From contig CAZVWJ010000002.1 in assembly GCA_964631325.1 (NCBI GenBank), forward strand, positions 5,848 to 69,847: a stretch of DNA of 64,000 nucleotides, read 5' to 3'. Below the pieces are notes generated by a model. It was not told where the DNA came from and ran no database searches. It saw nothing but the letters and a program-made list of their open reading frames with translations. Within the stretch, counting starts at the first letter, position 1. Every line of letters starts with the position of its first letter. The DNA is from an uncultured bacterium (GTDB taxonomy: Bacteria > T1Sed10-126). Below are positions 8,850-17,429 of this stretch, one piece after another. Both the position numbers and the translations under genes were made by a program.

Positions 8850-10115
8850 TTAAGTTCCCATCTGCCAGGACTCGAGGTATTCCTTCTGTTTATCCGTTAA
8901 TTCATCTATCTGAACGTCGCGAGCAGCAAGCTTCAGTTCAGCAATCCGCTCGTCGATTTCACGCGGGACAGTGTGAACGTCATGAGCCAGGTTTTCGCCC
9001 TCTGTGGCCAAATATTCCGCGGAAAGTGCCTGATTGGCAAAGGACATGTCCATAACCTCTGCCGGATGGCCTTCTGCTGCGGCCAGGTTAACCAGGCGGC
9101 CTTCAGCAAGGACGTAGACCGAACTTCCATCCTGAAGTTCAAATCTTTCCAGACTCTCTTTGATTTGAGTCCGTTCCACAGCCATCTCATCGAGATCCTC
9201 AAGATCAAGTTCCACGTTAAAATGGCCGGCATTAGCAACAATAGCTCCGTCTTTCATCTGTTTAAAGTGTTCTCCGCGGATTACAGAAATATCACCGGTA
9301 GAAGTTACGAATACATCACCAGTTTTTGCGGCTTCAGACATTGGCTTAACGTCATAACCGCTCATATGAGCTTCCAGGGCCCGCAGGGGATCAACTTCAC
9401 AGATAGTTACATTAGCCCCCATACCGTCGGCCCGCATGGCAATTCCCTGACTGCACCAACCAAAACCGGCTACAACTACGTTTTTGCCCGCCAACAAGAT
9501 ATTAGTCGCCCGCAGAATTCCGTCAATTGTGCTCTGACCGGTTCCATAGCGGTTATCAAACATATGCTTGGTTTTGGCATCGTTAACAGCGATTACCGGA
9601 AACTCCAGCACATCATTCTTCGCCATAGAACGGAGGCGAATGACGCCGGTGGTGGTTTCCTCAGTACTGCCAACCAACTGTTTAGCCAGCTCCGGTTCTT
9701 CCTGCAGAATAGTACTAACAAGATCAGCCCCGTCATCCATTGTTATCTGCGGTTCGTGATCAATTGCAGAATGGATGTGGGAATAGTAGGTCTCCTTATC
9801 TTCACCGTGGATAGCATAAACGGGGATATCGTGATTTTCCACCAGGGCGGCGGCAACATCGTCTTTAGTTGAAAGCGGGTTAGAAGCACAGAGAACAACG
9901 TCGGCCCCTCCAGCTTTCAGAGTAGTTGCCAGGTTAGCAGTTTCCGTAGTCACGTGGAGACAGCAGGACAAATTAAGCCCTTCCAGGGGTTTTTCTTTCT
10001 CAAATCTATTTTTCACCTGGGATAAAACCTGCATACTACGACCGGCCCAGTTTATATTTTTCTCACCCTCACCGGCTAAGGAAGGATCAGCAATATCACA
10101 GTGCACACTACTCAT
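8850..10115 (-). CDS. ahcY: Adenosylhomocysteinase (S-adenosyl-L-homocysteine hydrolase)
   Basis: 421 aa with [38 protein letters not shown] and the NAD-binding [34 protein letters not shown], both diagnostic for SAHH. Confidence 0.9.
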   Translation of the reverse strand: MSSVHCDIADPSLAGEGEKNINWAGRSMQVLSQVKNRFEKEKPLEGLNLSCCLHVTTETANLATTLKAGGADVVLCASNPLSTKDDVAAALVENHDIPVYAIHGEDKETYYSHIHSAIDHEPQITMDDGADLVSTILQEEPELAKQLVGSTEETTTGVIRLRSMAKNDVLEFPVIAVNDAKTKHMFDNRYGTGQSTIDGILRATNILLAGKNVVVAGFGWCSQGIAMRADGMGANVTICEVDPLRALEAHMSGYDVKPMSEAAKTGDVFVTSTGDISVIRGEHFKQMKDGAIVANAGHFNVELDLEDLDEMAVERTQIKESLERFELQDGSSVYVLAEGRLVNLAAAEGHPAEVMDMSFANQALSAEYLATEGENLAHDVHTVPREIDERIAELKLAARDVQIDELTDKQKEYLESWQMGT

Positions 10116-10221
10116 AACATTTCACTCCAATGAAAAAATATTTAGCTAACAAACTACCTTAATTATAACCATAAATTATACAAAAAATGTTGTTAAACTA
10201 CAGAATTCAGATTAAAACCTC

Positions 10222-10325
10222 AAAACGTCATTCCGGGCAAGGGAGGGAAACGACCGCGATCCGGAAATCAAAAAAATCAAAAAATGGATTGCCGGGTCAA
10301 GCCCGGCAATGACGTTCGTTTTGTT
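10222..10325. mobile_element. MITE/REP-like palindromic element, copy 1 (GTCATTCCGGG ... ATTGCCGGGTCAAGCCCGGCAAT ... GACG)
   Basis: Imperfect terminal inverted repeats plus an internal 23-nt perfect palindrome. Its reverse complement matches the element at 51430-51573. Confidence 0.5.
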
Positions 10326-10417
10326 CTGGATTACCGGGTTAGGCTCTGGGACGTTATACGTTCCCGGCAATGTCAAAAATATTTTACAGATTTAACTGCT
10401 GATTTACTGGTGAAAGG

Positions 10418-11161
10418 CTAAAGTTCGTTTTGTTGAAGGTATTGATCTGCTTTCTGAAGAGAATCCTTATCACCAATATCAAACCATAGACCTTCAAAAC
10501 GGTGGGCATAAACGCAGTCATTTTCAACCAACCAGGTAACATACCAACCCGGTTCATCGGGGTTACCACCCGATTTAATATAAGCCTCGAGCAAATCAAG
10601 TTTCTTTTTCGGGAACAAATACATACCCATAGCCACCAAGCTTGAGGGCGGCTCCTCGGGTTTTTCAAGAAAATCAGTTACCTCGTCTTGTTCATCAGTT
10701 GCCACAATACCGTATTTAGAAAGCTTACTCTCATCTTCAAAATCTAAAACACCGATCACGTTCTCACCGGTTTTTTTGAAAGTTTTCACCATGTCATTCA
10801 AGCTAAAATCAAATAAATTATCACCTGCTAATACAAGCAAATCATCATCAATTTCAGCTTCCTCCACAACAAATTTAATATCCCCGATTGCCCCCCGTCT
10901 TTTACCATCCTGTGTTGTTCCGTCGTTCAGAACGGTGACCGGCAGATCAGCCCCGGCGGAATCAGCCCAATTGCAAAACTTCTGGTAAAACTTATCGTTA
11001 CTCACCAGGACGATCTCCTCGACTTCAGGGACCTCTTTAATTTTTTCCACGATCAGATCCAGTATTGGTGTTCCGCCCACTTCCAACAAGGGCTTAGGAC
11101 GATCCCTGGTGAGAGGATAAAGCCTCGTCCCATACCCCGCAGCAAGCACAAGTGCTTTCAT
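10418..11161 (-). CDS. Sugar-1-phosphate nucleotidyltransferase (NTP_transferase family)
   Basis: MKALVLAAGYGTRLYPLTRDRPKPLLEVGGTPILD is the canonical G-x-G-T-R-L nucleotidyltransferase N-terminus. 247 aa. Confidence 0.75.
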   Translation of the reverse strand: MKALVLAAGYGTRLYPLTRDRPKPLLEVGGTPILDLIVEKIKEVPEVEEIVLVSNDKFYQKFCNWADSAGADLPVTVLNDGTTQDGKRRGAIGDIKFVVEEAEIDDDLLVLAGDNLFDFSLNDMVKTFKKTGENVIGVLDFEDESKLSKYGIVATDEQDEVTDFLEKPEEPPSSLVAMGMYLFPKKKLDLLEAYIKSGGNPDEPGWYVTWLVENDCVYAHRFEGLWFDIGDKDSLQKADQYLQQNEL

Positions 11162-11209
11162 CGTTTAAACCTCCTGTTTAAAACCTTGAATTCAACGTAA
11201 CTACTCACA

Positions 11210-11360
11210 TATCCTCTCTCCCCTGGTGGGGGAGAGCTTGCCCTGCGCATGGACAGGGCCAGAGAGAGGGGACTATCAACTTCTTAGTCGAAATTGTTGC
11301 GTCAAAAACCTCTTTTCACCCCCATTTTTTTCTCCATTAAGGGGGAAAAGATTAGTGAGT
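11210..11360. repeat. Intergenic structured repeat, copy C
   Basis: CTCTCCCCTGGTGGGGGAGAG hairpin, then GCTTGCCCTGCGCATGGACAGGG core, then CACCCCCA and a G5 tail. Sits between the GT4 gene start and the nucleotidyltransferase stop. Confidence 0.6.
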
Positions 11361-11406
11361 AGTTACAATTTTTAGATAAATAGAAAATCATAATCTCCAC
11401 GTGCTG

Positions 11407-12681
11407 TCAATTTTCTTCAGCGCCGGGAACCAGTTCCCGGATCAGCGGTATTATTTCTCGTTCAAAGATAGCCGGCCAGGTAAAATTCTTACGAACCCGA
11501 CGTTGCAGCAAAGTTGCTGCCTGTGATTCTATCTCTTCCCTGATATCATAGGCGATTATCGAAGGATGCTCATCCGGATCAAAATAATGGGGAGCTTCAC
11601 CGCCTACTTCCGGGAGAGGAGCAATGTCACTGCAGCAGATCAGAGTTCGACTTAAACCGGCCTCCAGCAGGGGCAAGCCAAATCCCTCCTGCCGGCTGGT
11701 TAATAACAGGATATCACTCAACCGGTAGAACTGGCGCATCCGGTTATAGCTTATCTTAAGGGGTTCACCGGTTTCAGGATCCTCAAGCTCATAACAGAAA
11801 ATTACTTCTTCCTCTAAATCTAACTTATTCCGCAACTGTTTTAACTCTTCAAAATACTCCATTGTTTCCGGGTTATGGGGATCCGGTGGCCCGGTGATAA
11901 TAAAGTGAAGGGAGTAACCCAACTTTTTTAAATGGTAAATAATTTCCAGGGCCAGTTCAAAATTTTTTCGGCGAACCACGCGAGCGGGATAAATGGCCAA
12001 GATGTCATCATAATACATTTTGTGATTGCGGTAAATACTTTTTATTGTTGAATCCAGCTCGTGGAATTCATCAAATTCTATTCCGTCGTGAACTACTTCC
12101 ACAGTAGCTTCCTGGTCAAAAACCCGGTTGAGTTGATCAGCTCTAAGGCCGGAAATAGTTATGTATTTTTCGACTTCAGCGGGTTTACCAAGGAGGTCCC
12201 AGGGATATTTATCGGGGGTCTCGTATTTATCATCAAGCCAGGCAATATCATGAGTCCAGGGAACAAATTTAAGCTCAGATTCTTCAGCCAGTTCAACCAG
12301 AGCAGCGGTAAGGGGCAAATTAAAGGGCATGGAAAAAATATTGTGGACAAGGATAAGATCCATGCCGGCCAGTGAATCCAATAAATCTTTTTTGTGGTTT
12401 GCCTTCTTTTTTTCAAAAGAAACGGTCTCATCGGATTTTAATTCCTCGCGGATGGACTCTTTACCAGGGTAATCAGAGCCAAGTTCTGTTTCCTTGTAAA
12501 CAGGAATAGACTCGTGGAATTGTTCGCCTTCCCCTACAAAAACGCTCACTTCAGCACCATACTTGTAAAGCCACCGGGCGTGAGCTTCCAGAATAAATTC
12601 TGTCCCTCCAATTACCGGCGGACAACTGTAATGCATCAAGGCAATCCGATAATTATCAAGGGAAAGATCAGTCATGGCCAA
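11407..12681 (-). CDS. Glycosyltransferase family 4 (possibly a glycosyl-glucosylglycerate synthase, cf. MggA)
   Basis: 424 aa with the C-terminal GT4 EX7E region (LTSRQEGFGLPLLEAGLSRTLICCSDIAPLPEV). Operonic with GpgS-like and histidine-phosphatase genes. Confidence 0.65.
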   Translation of the reverse strand: MAMTDLSLDNYRIALMHYSCPPVIGGTEFILEAHARWLYKYGAEVSVFVGEGEQFHESIPVYKETELGSDYPGKESIREELKSDETVSFEKKKANHKKDLLDSLAGMDLILVHNIFSMPFNLPLTAALVELAEESELKFVPWTHDIAWLDDKYETPDKYPWDLLGKPAEVEKYITISGLRADQLNRVFDQEATVEVVHDGIEFDEFHELDSTIKSIYRNHKMYYDDILAIYPARVVRRKNFELALEIIYHLKKLGYSLHFIITGPPDPHNPETMEYFEELKQLRNKLDLEEEVIFCYELEDPETGEPLKISYNRMRQFYRLSDILLLTSRQEGFGLPLLEAGLSRTLICCSDIAPLPEVGGEAPHYFDPDEHPSIIAYDIREEIESQAATLLQRRVRKNFTWPAIFEREIIPLIRELVPGAEEN

Positions 12682-12690
12682 AGCCTCTTT

Positions 12691-13302
12691 TTATGAAGAG
12701 ATTTGAACTTCCAGCACCGCTGCATTATCGGGCAGAGATTCAAGAACTTCATCAAATTCCCAGCGGCCGGCCAGGTGAGCGATCAAGCTATTAACCACCT
12801 TATGGGCCACCAGAATAATTCGATTTTCATGTTGGTTCAAAATAAAATCAAGGGCCTTCTTAATTCGGTCTTTCACCAGCCATAAAGACTCACCGGCCGG
12901 AGGACTATGAGAAATCGGGTCCTGTTTCCAGGCTCGATATTCTTCCGGAACCAGGTTATTCTCAAGACGGCTTCCGGAAAGACCATTCCAGAAGCCCTGG
13001 TCAAGTTCGTGCAAATTATTTAAAATCCAGAAGTTATCGATAGTAAGTTCCCGCTGCAAAATCGCCGCAGTCTGGCGGGCACGTCGAAGAGGGCTAACGG
13101 CCAGATCAAACGGCTTATCCGGAGGAAAATGGGTTGCCATTTCCTGACTCTGGCGGAGCCCCGTCTGATTCAGACCAATATCAACACACCCCTGGATCAA
13201 ATCCCGCTCATTCCAGAAGGTTTCCCCGTGACGGACCAGATATAACTCCATCGAAAACTTAACTTCCCCGGTCCCGTTTTTCTCGATACTGAGATAGCTC
13301 AA
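12691..13302 (-). CDS. Histidine phosphatase superfamily protein (phosphoglycerate-mutase-like; candidate glucosyl-3-phosphoglycerate phosphatase)
   Basis: LYLVRHGETFWN catalytic RHG motif. 203 aa. Lies between the GpgS-like and GT4 genes, as mycobacterial GpgP does. Confidence 0.65.
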   Translation of the reverse strand: MSYLSIEKNGTGEVKFSMELYLVRHGETFWNERDLIQGCVDIGLNQTGLRQSQEMATHFPPDKPFDLAVSPLRRARQTAAILQRELTIDNFWILNNLHELDQGFWNGLSGSRLENNLVPEEYRAWKQDPISHSPPAGESLWLVKDRIKKALDFILNQHENRIILVAHKVVNSLIAHLAGRWEFDEVLESLPDNAAVLEVQISS

Positions 13303-14251
13303 TCATAGGTGGCCTTTCTATTTCCTGGATCTGGGTTCCTTCCAGGTCATATTCTTCTCCTTCGGTATAAATCTGGTTGTAAACCCGATGTAATTCTTCC
13401 TGCAGTTTCAATTTATCAGCCGCATCCACCCGGTTAAAAAAGGTCTGGAGAATCCCAAACGCCATTTTCCCGAGCGATTGTAAGTCCTGGTTTTTGTGAA
13501 CCCGACGATCAAGATCAACCTGAGCTATTTTATCAATTCCAAATTTTTCACTAATATCAATCAGCAGTCCCGTCTCAACTCCATAGCCAATAAAAAACGG
13601 AAGTTGTTCGAGCAGCTCCCGCCGGCCGGCGTATTCACCGGAAAGGGGCTGCATCATTCCGGCCAGTTCAGGGAAGAAAAGGTTAAACAGAGGGCGCACG
13701 AGAATCTCCGTCACACGCCCCCCACCTCCAGTTCGTACTTCTTCTCCAAATTGCAATGGACGCTCATAAAAAGCTTTTACGTAACTCAGTTCATCCCTTT
13801 CCAACAGTGGGCCAACCAGACCGTAGACAAATTTCGGAGCAATATTTTTAATATCCGCATCAATATAAACAATTATATCCCCTTCCAACAAATACAGACT
13901 CTTCCATAAGTTTTCTCCCTTTCCCTGGTGGATACCCTCCTCCTGTAAATGCTCACTTGCTTTAAACACGTTGGCTCCATACTTTTTCGCTATCGCCCGG
14001 GTTCTATCCTGGGAACCACTGTCCACCACTGCTATTTCATCAATTAAATCGTGCTTTATCTTTAATTCCGTCTGGATTAAGATAATTTCCTTGCCAATAG
14101 TATCAGCTTCGTTAAGGGTTGGTAAACTAACAGTAATAGACAGGTTCTTTTCCTCTTTTAACTCAATTAACCGGTCAATATCCTGATAGCGAGAATGATG
14201 GTAAGTATTTTTATCCAGCCATTGATCAACTTTCAAATTGCTCACCTCCAA
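13259..14251 (-). CDS. GT-A fold glycosyltransferase resembling glucosyl-3-phosphoglycerate synthase (GpgS, GT81)
   Basis: 330 aa with ITVSLPTLNEADTIGKEI ... IAVVDSGSQDRTRAIA ... YIDADI (DxD), which resembles the GpgS/MpgS family more than generic GT2. Confidence 0.55.
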   Translation of the reverse strand: MEVSNLKVDQWLDKNTYHHSRYQDIDRLIELKEEKNLSITVSLPTLNEADTIGKEIILIQTELKIKHDLIDEIAVVDSGSQDRTRAIAKKYGANVFKASEHLQEEGIHQGKGENLWKSLYLLEGDIIVYIDADIKNIAPKFVYGLVGPLLERDELSYVKAFYERPLQFGEEVRTGGGGRVTEILVRPLFNLFFPELAGMMQPLSGEYAGRRELLEQLPFFIGYGVETGLLIDISEKFGIDKIAQVDLDRRVHKNQDLQSLGKMAFGILQTFFNRVDAADKLKLQEELHRVYNQIYTEGEEYDLEGTQIQEIERPPMIELSQYREKRDRGS

Positions 14252-14420
14252 CGAAGGATAAACTCCGGCACAATAAAAACAAATTTTAGCAGAAGCCTCT
14301 ATTGTATTGTCCGGGAAAATACCGTAATATGCAAGGAAAACAGGATGGATACAGTTTTTTTAGTTCTACTCAATAGCATGTATATTGGTCAATTTGAACT
14401 ACTAACCAAGTGCAAATATT

Positions 14421-15344
14421 TCACCGACCACGAGGATGATAATCCCGGTGAGAATTTCTTACTTCATCTCGTAAATGAACGTAAATATCTGCCGTAGTGC
14501 CGACATCACTGTGACCGAGCATCTTCTGTAAACTTCGCAAATCCGCCCCTCCCGCCAGCATATGAGTTGCAAACGAGTGACGCAGTGTATGAGGAGTGAC
14601 TTCGGTCAGGTTGGCCTGTTGAGCGTATTTTTTAACAATTTGCCAGATCTGCTGGCGAGTTATCTGTGTTCCTTTCCGGGTTAGAAAGAAATACTCGGAG
14701 CCGCCCGACGTCGTCCAGGTATTTCTTATCTCTCGTCCATATCTCTTTAACCACTTAAGAGCTTCACGACCAATTGGGACAATCCTCTGTTTATCTCCCT
14801 TCCCAATCACACTTAGTTCTCCACGCTCCCAATCAACACCGTTTGCTTCCAGTTCCACTGCTTCCGAAACCCGCAGACCAGCTCCGTACATTGCTTCCAG
14901 CAAAGCTCGATCACGAAGACCTGCTGACGAATCACAATCCGGCTCGTCCAATAATGACCGAACTTCTTGCTCACTTAAATAATTAGGGAAATTTTCTCCT
15001 TTTCCGGGCCGATCCATCTTTTCGACTGGATTTCCTGACATACAGTCAGTCGACGTTAAAAATGAAAAAAATTTGTGCAGGGTCGAAAGACGGCGAGAAA
15101 CTGTGCGAGGAGCGTATTCCCCCCGACGACAGTATTCAAGGAAATCTGTAATGACAAACATGTCTACTTCTTCCGGCTGTAACTCCTGTTCGCGAATAAA
15201 TCCAAAAAAATTTTTCAAGTCAGAGCAATATGAACTAACAGTATTTTCCGCCAGCCCTTCATCGACAATTAATCGTTCACGAAATTTTTGTAATAATTCC
15301 TCCCACCTGTCCTCCATCCGTAAAGAGTTATCTAGTTCAGCCAT
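14421..15344 (-). CDS. Tyrosine site-specific recombinase XerC/XerD family
   Basis: N-terminal SAM-like domain and catalytic RHR-Y box (LRVSEAVELE ... HTLRHSFATHMLAGGADLRSLQKMLGHSDVGTTADIYVHL). Confidence 0.85.
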   Translation of the reverse strand: MAELDNSLRMEDRWEELLQKFRERLIVDEGLAENTVSSYCSDLKNFFGFIREQELQPEEVDMFVITDFLEYCRRGEYAPRTVSRRLSTLHKFFSFLTSTDCMSGNPVEKMDRPGKGENFPNYLSEQEVRSLLDEPDCDSSAGLRDRALLEAMYGAGLRVSEAVELEANGVDWERGELSVIGKGDKQRIVPIGREALKWLKRYGREIRNTWTTSGGSEYFFLTRKGTQITRQQIWQIVKKYAQQANLTEVTPHTLRHSFATHMLAGGADLRSLQKMLGHSDVGTTADIYVHLRDEVRNSHRDYHPRGR

Positions 15345-16485
15345 AAATTGCTCTATCCAAAGCAGTCAGATACCCTAAAAAATAAACTAACAAAGCACCA
15401 AAAATTCCAAGGCAGACGATCATCGCCGAATGCAAACCAAAATATCCGCCCACTGGTAACGTCCGATACGGCCACAGGCCCCGAAGACAACCAACCATCA
15501 AGCCAACCAGGGCTGCCATGGTATAACTTTCATAATGATGAAGCATATAATTTAAGAATCGGGAAAACAGAAGTAATCCGCCCACCATGCCCAAACCGAA
15601 GAGAACCAGGTAAAAAGTCTCCCAACCGGGGATTACGCCGGCTATAAGCCGTGATTCGAACAGGTGGACAAGCCTGAGTATAAAGGTGTAACAACCGAGA
15701 ATCAGCAATAGATACGAACCGCTAATTCCCGGTAATATCATAGCGCATATAGCAATTGAGCCAGCAAGCAGAACATACCAGGCCGGAGGCCGGGGAATAT
15801 AAACTGTTGTTCCGGGCGGAAGTTTACTATTATCACCAGTCAGCGAATTGTTAATTTGAGCAGCAATCTCAGAATTTTTTGGAGAAGCAAGCACATTTTT
15901 TGACGGTGCAGCGGAATAATTCTGAAACAACAACGTTTCCAGGGATTTTCCTTGCGATTGCACCTTAACCCAGTTCCGGGCCTGGATGATCGTCCGATGG
16001 GGAGCGGTCACCCAGAAACCAAATAATATAAAAAATAAAATTACTCCGATTAGAAGCAGACGGCGATAAGAAGCTGCAAACTCAACCCGCTGAAGCGGAA
16101 TCCAGACACTGCCCACAATCAGCCCAAAGAAAAACCCCCGAACCATCGCCGGATATTCTTGCATCAGGGCGGGAATAACAGCGCTACCCACACTGATTGC
16201 CGAAAATATCCCCGCTCCAAGCACCAGAAAGAAAAAAACTTTAAGCTGTTTTGCTTTCCCGACCAGCCGCGATAAAAACGGACTACTCCAATCGAACAAA
16301 GTCTTAAAAAAACGTTTCAACCATTGCAGGTCAAGCGAACTAAGGGCCTCAATTAATTCTCGATAAATTCCCAGAACCAAGGCCATAGTTCCCCCGCTTA
16401 CCCCGGGAATAACATCGGCTGCCCCCATGCAAATCCCCTTTAAATAAAGCAAGAACCAGTCGAACAAATTTCTATCTTTGGCCAT
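15337..16485 (-). CDS. DUF368 family membrane protein (polyprenyl-phosphate translocase PopT-like)
   Basis: Two repeats of the DUF368 motif (ADVIPGVSGGTMALVLGIY and MILPGISGSYLLLILGCY) in a polytopic membrane protein. Start set at the ATG at 16485 (MAKDRNLF) because the longer ORF extends into the intergenic repeat. Confidence 0.7.
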   Translation of the reverse strand: MAKDRNLFDWFLLYLKGICMGAADVIPGVSGGTMALVLGIYRELIEALSSLDLQWLKRFFKTLFDWSSPFLSRLVGKAKQLKVFFFLVLGAGIFSAISVGSAVIPALMQEYPAMVRGFFFGLIVGSVWIPLQRVEFAASYRRLLLIGVILFFILFGFWVTAPHRTIIQARNWVKVQSQGKSLETLLFQNYSAAPSKNVLASPKNSEIAAQINNSLTGDNSKLPPGTTVYIPRPPAWYVLLAGSIAICAMILPGISGSYLLLILGCYTFILRLVHLFESRLIAGVIPGWETFYLVLFGLGMVGGLLLFSRFLNYMLHHYESYTMAALVGLMVGCLRGLWPYRTLPVGGYFGLHSAMIVCLGIFGALLVYFLGYLTALDRAIYG

Positions 16486-16534
16486 AGATTGTCTCCTTAA
16501 TTTTTTGGTAAGATTCAAAACTTCAAAATATATC

Positions 16535-16715
16535 TCCTCTCCCCCGGTGGGAGAGGGCTTGCCCTGCACATGGACAGGGCTTATGGCGCATACGCGTTAT
16601 TAAGGTGAACGGGGGAATCCTACCTGAAGCAGGAGGAAAAGGCTCTGAAAACCTTTTTTTACCCCCATCTGTGTCTTCCCCCATCAGGGGGAAGAGTTTG
16701 TAGAGGGAACTCACC
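16535..16715. repeat. Intergenic structured repeat, copy D
   Basis: CTCTCCCCCGGTGGGAGAGGG hairpin, then GCTTGCCCTGCACATGGACAGGG, GGCGCATACGCGTTATTAAGGTGA, ACCCCCA and the CTTCCCCCATCAGGGGGAAG hairpin. Lies between the pcm stop and the DUF368 start. Confidence 0.6.
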
Positions 16716-16757
16716 CCATCGAGAGGGAAAAATTATTTTGAAGTTCTGGGTAAAATT

Positions 16758-17429
16758 TTAACTATCCCAACCATGTTTACCAACCAGAGGAACGAAAACG
16801 CAGGAAATGGAACTGCGAGTTTGAAATTCACCGGGGGCGGTCTTAGTTACTACTTTCAATTGCTGGGATTGACGGCCACCCACGGGAATTACCAGCCGGC
16901 CACCGGAAACGAGCTGGCGCTTGAGAGGAGGCGGCACGGCAGGGGACGCAGCAGTAACCAGAATTCGTTCATAAGGAGCCGCATCCGACCAGCCTTCAGT
17001 ACCATCGCCTACATGAATGTCTACATTTTTCCCCAGGTTCACATTATCTAAATTAGCCCGAGCTGTTTTGGCAAGGGAGGATTTTTTTTCTATGGTGTGA
17101 ACATGGGCTTCCATTTGTGCCAAGATAGCACTCTGATATCCTGAACCGGTGCCAATTTCAAGCACTTTCATTCCTTTTTCCGGTTCCAGCAACTGGGTCA
17201 TCAAAGCCACAATATACGGTTGTGAAATTGTCTGACCTCCCCCGATCGGAAGCGCCCTGTCGGCATAAGCCACCCTCCAATTTTCCGCCGGAACAAATTG
17301 TTCCCGGGGGACTTTTCTGAACGCAGCAAGTATTTGAGAATCATGAATATCCCGGCGAGCCAAATCTTCCCGGACCATTTTCTTACGTTTTTCGACAAAA
17401 TCTCGGTCCGCGGGCTGAAAGGAGGTCAC
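16758..17429 (-). CDS. pcm: Protein-L-isoaspartate O-methyltransferase
   Basis: ALPIGGGQTISQPYIVALMTQLLEP...VLEIGTGSGYQSAILAQM SAM-binding motifs. 223 aa. Confidence 0.85.
   Translation of the reverse strand: MTSFQPADRDFVEKRKKMVREDLARRDIHDSQILAAFRKVPREQFVPAENWRVAYADRALPIGGGQTISQPYIVALMTQLLEPEKGMKVLEIGTGSGYQSAILAQMEAHVHTIEKKSSLAKTARANLDNVNLGKNVDIHVGDGTEGWSDAAPYERILVTAASPAVPPPLKRQLVSGGRLVIPVGGRQSQQLKVVTKTAPGEFQTRSSISCVFVPLVGKHGWDS

Noticed and set aside
8973-9872. 299-aa plus-strand ORF
   Set aside because: Lies entirely inside and antisense to ahcY, whose translation has unmistakable SAHH motifs.
10116-10417. Possible SAH riboswitch in the leader upstream of ahcY
   Set aside because: SAH riboswitches are classically found before ahcY. 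The leader here is occupied by the MITE-like palindrome, and I cannot recognise the SAH-element pseudoknot or conserved nucleotides by eye. Not supportable without an Infernal scan.
10384-10668. 94-aa minus-strand ORF
   Set aside because: Overlaps the 3' end of the nucleotidyltransferase gene out of frame and runs into the MITE-like element. No independent support.
16523-16714. 63-aa minus-strand ORF
   Set aside because: Encoded entirely within intergenic structured repeat copy D. Its Gly/Pro/Arg-rich translation reflects the G/C hairpins rather than a gene.
8660-16715. CRISPR array interpretation of the recurring GCTTGCCCTGCGCATGGACAGGG-containing repeats
   Set aside because: Copies are separated by several kb of unrelated coding sequence, are about 150 nt long with internal hairpins, and have no regular repeat-spacer periodicity or adjacent cas genes.
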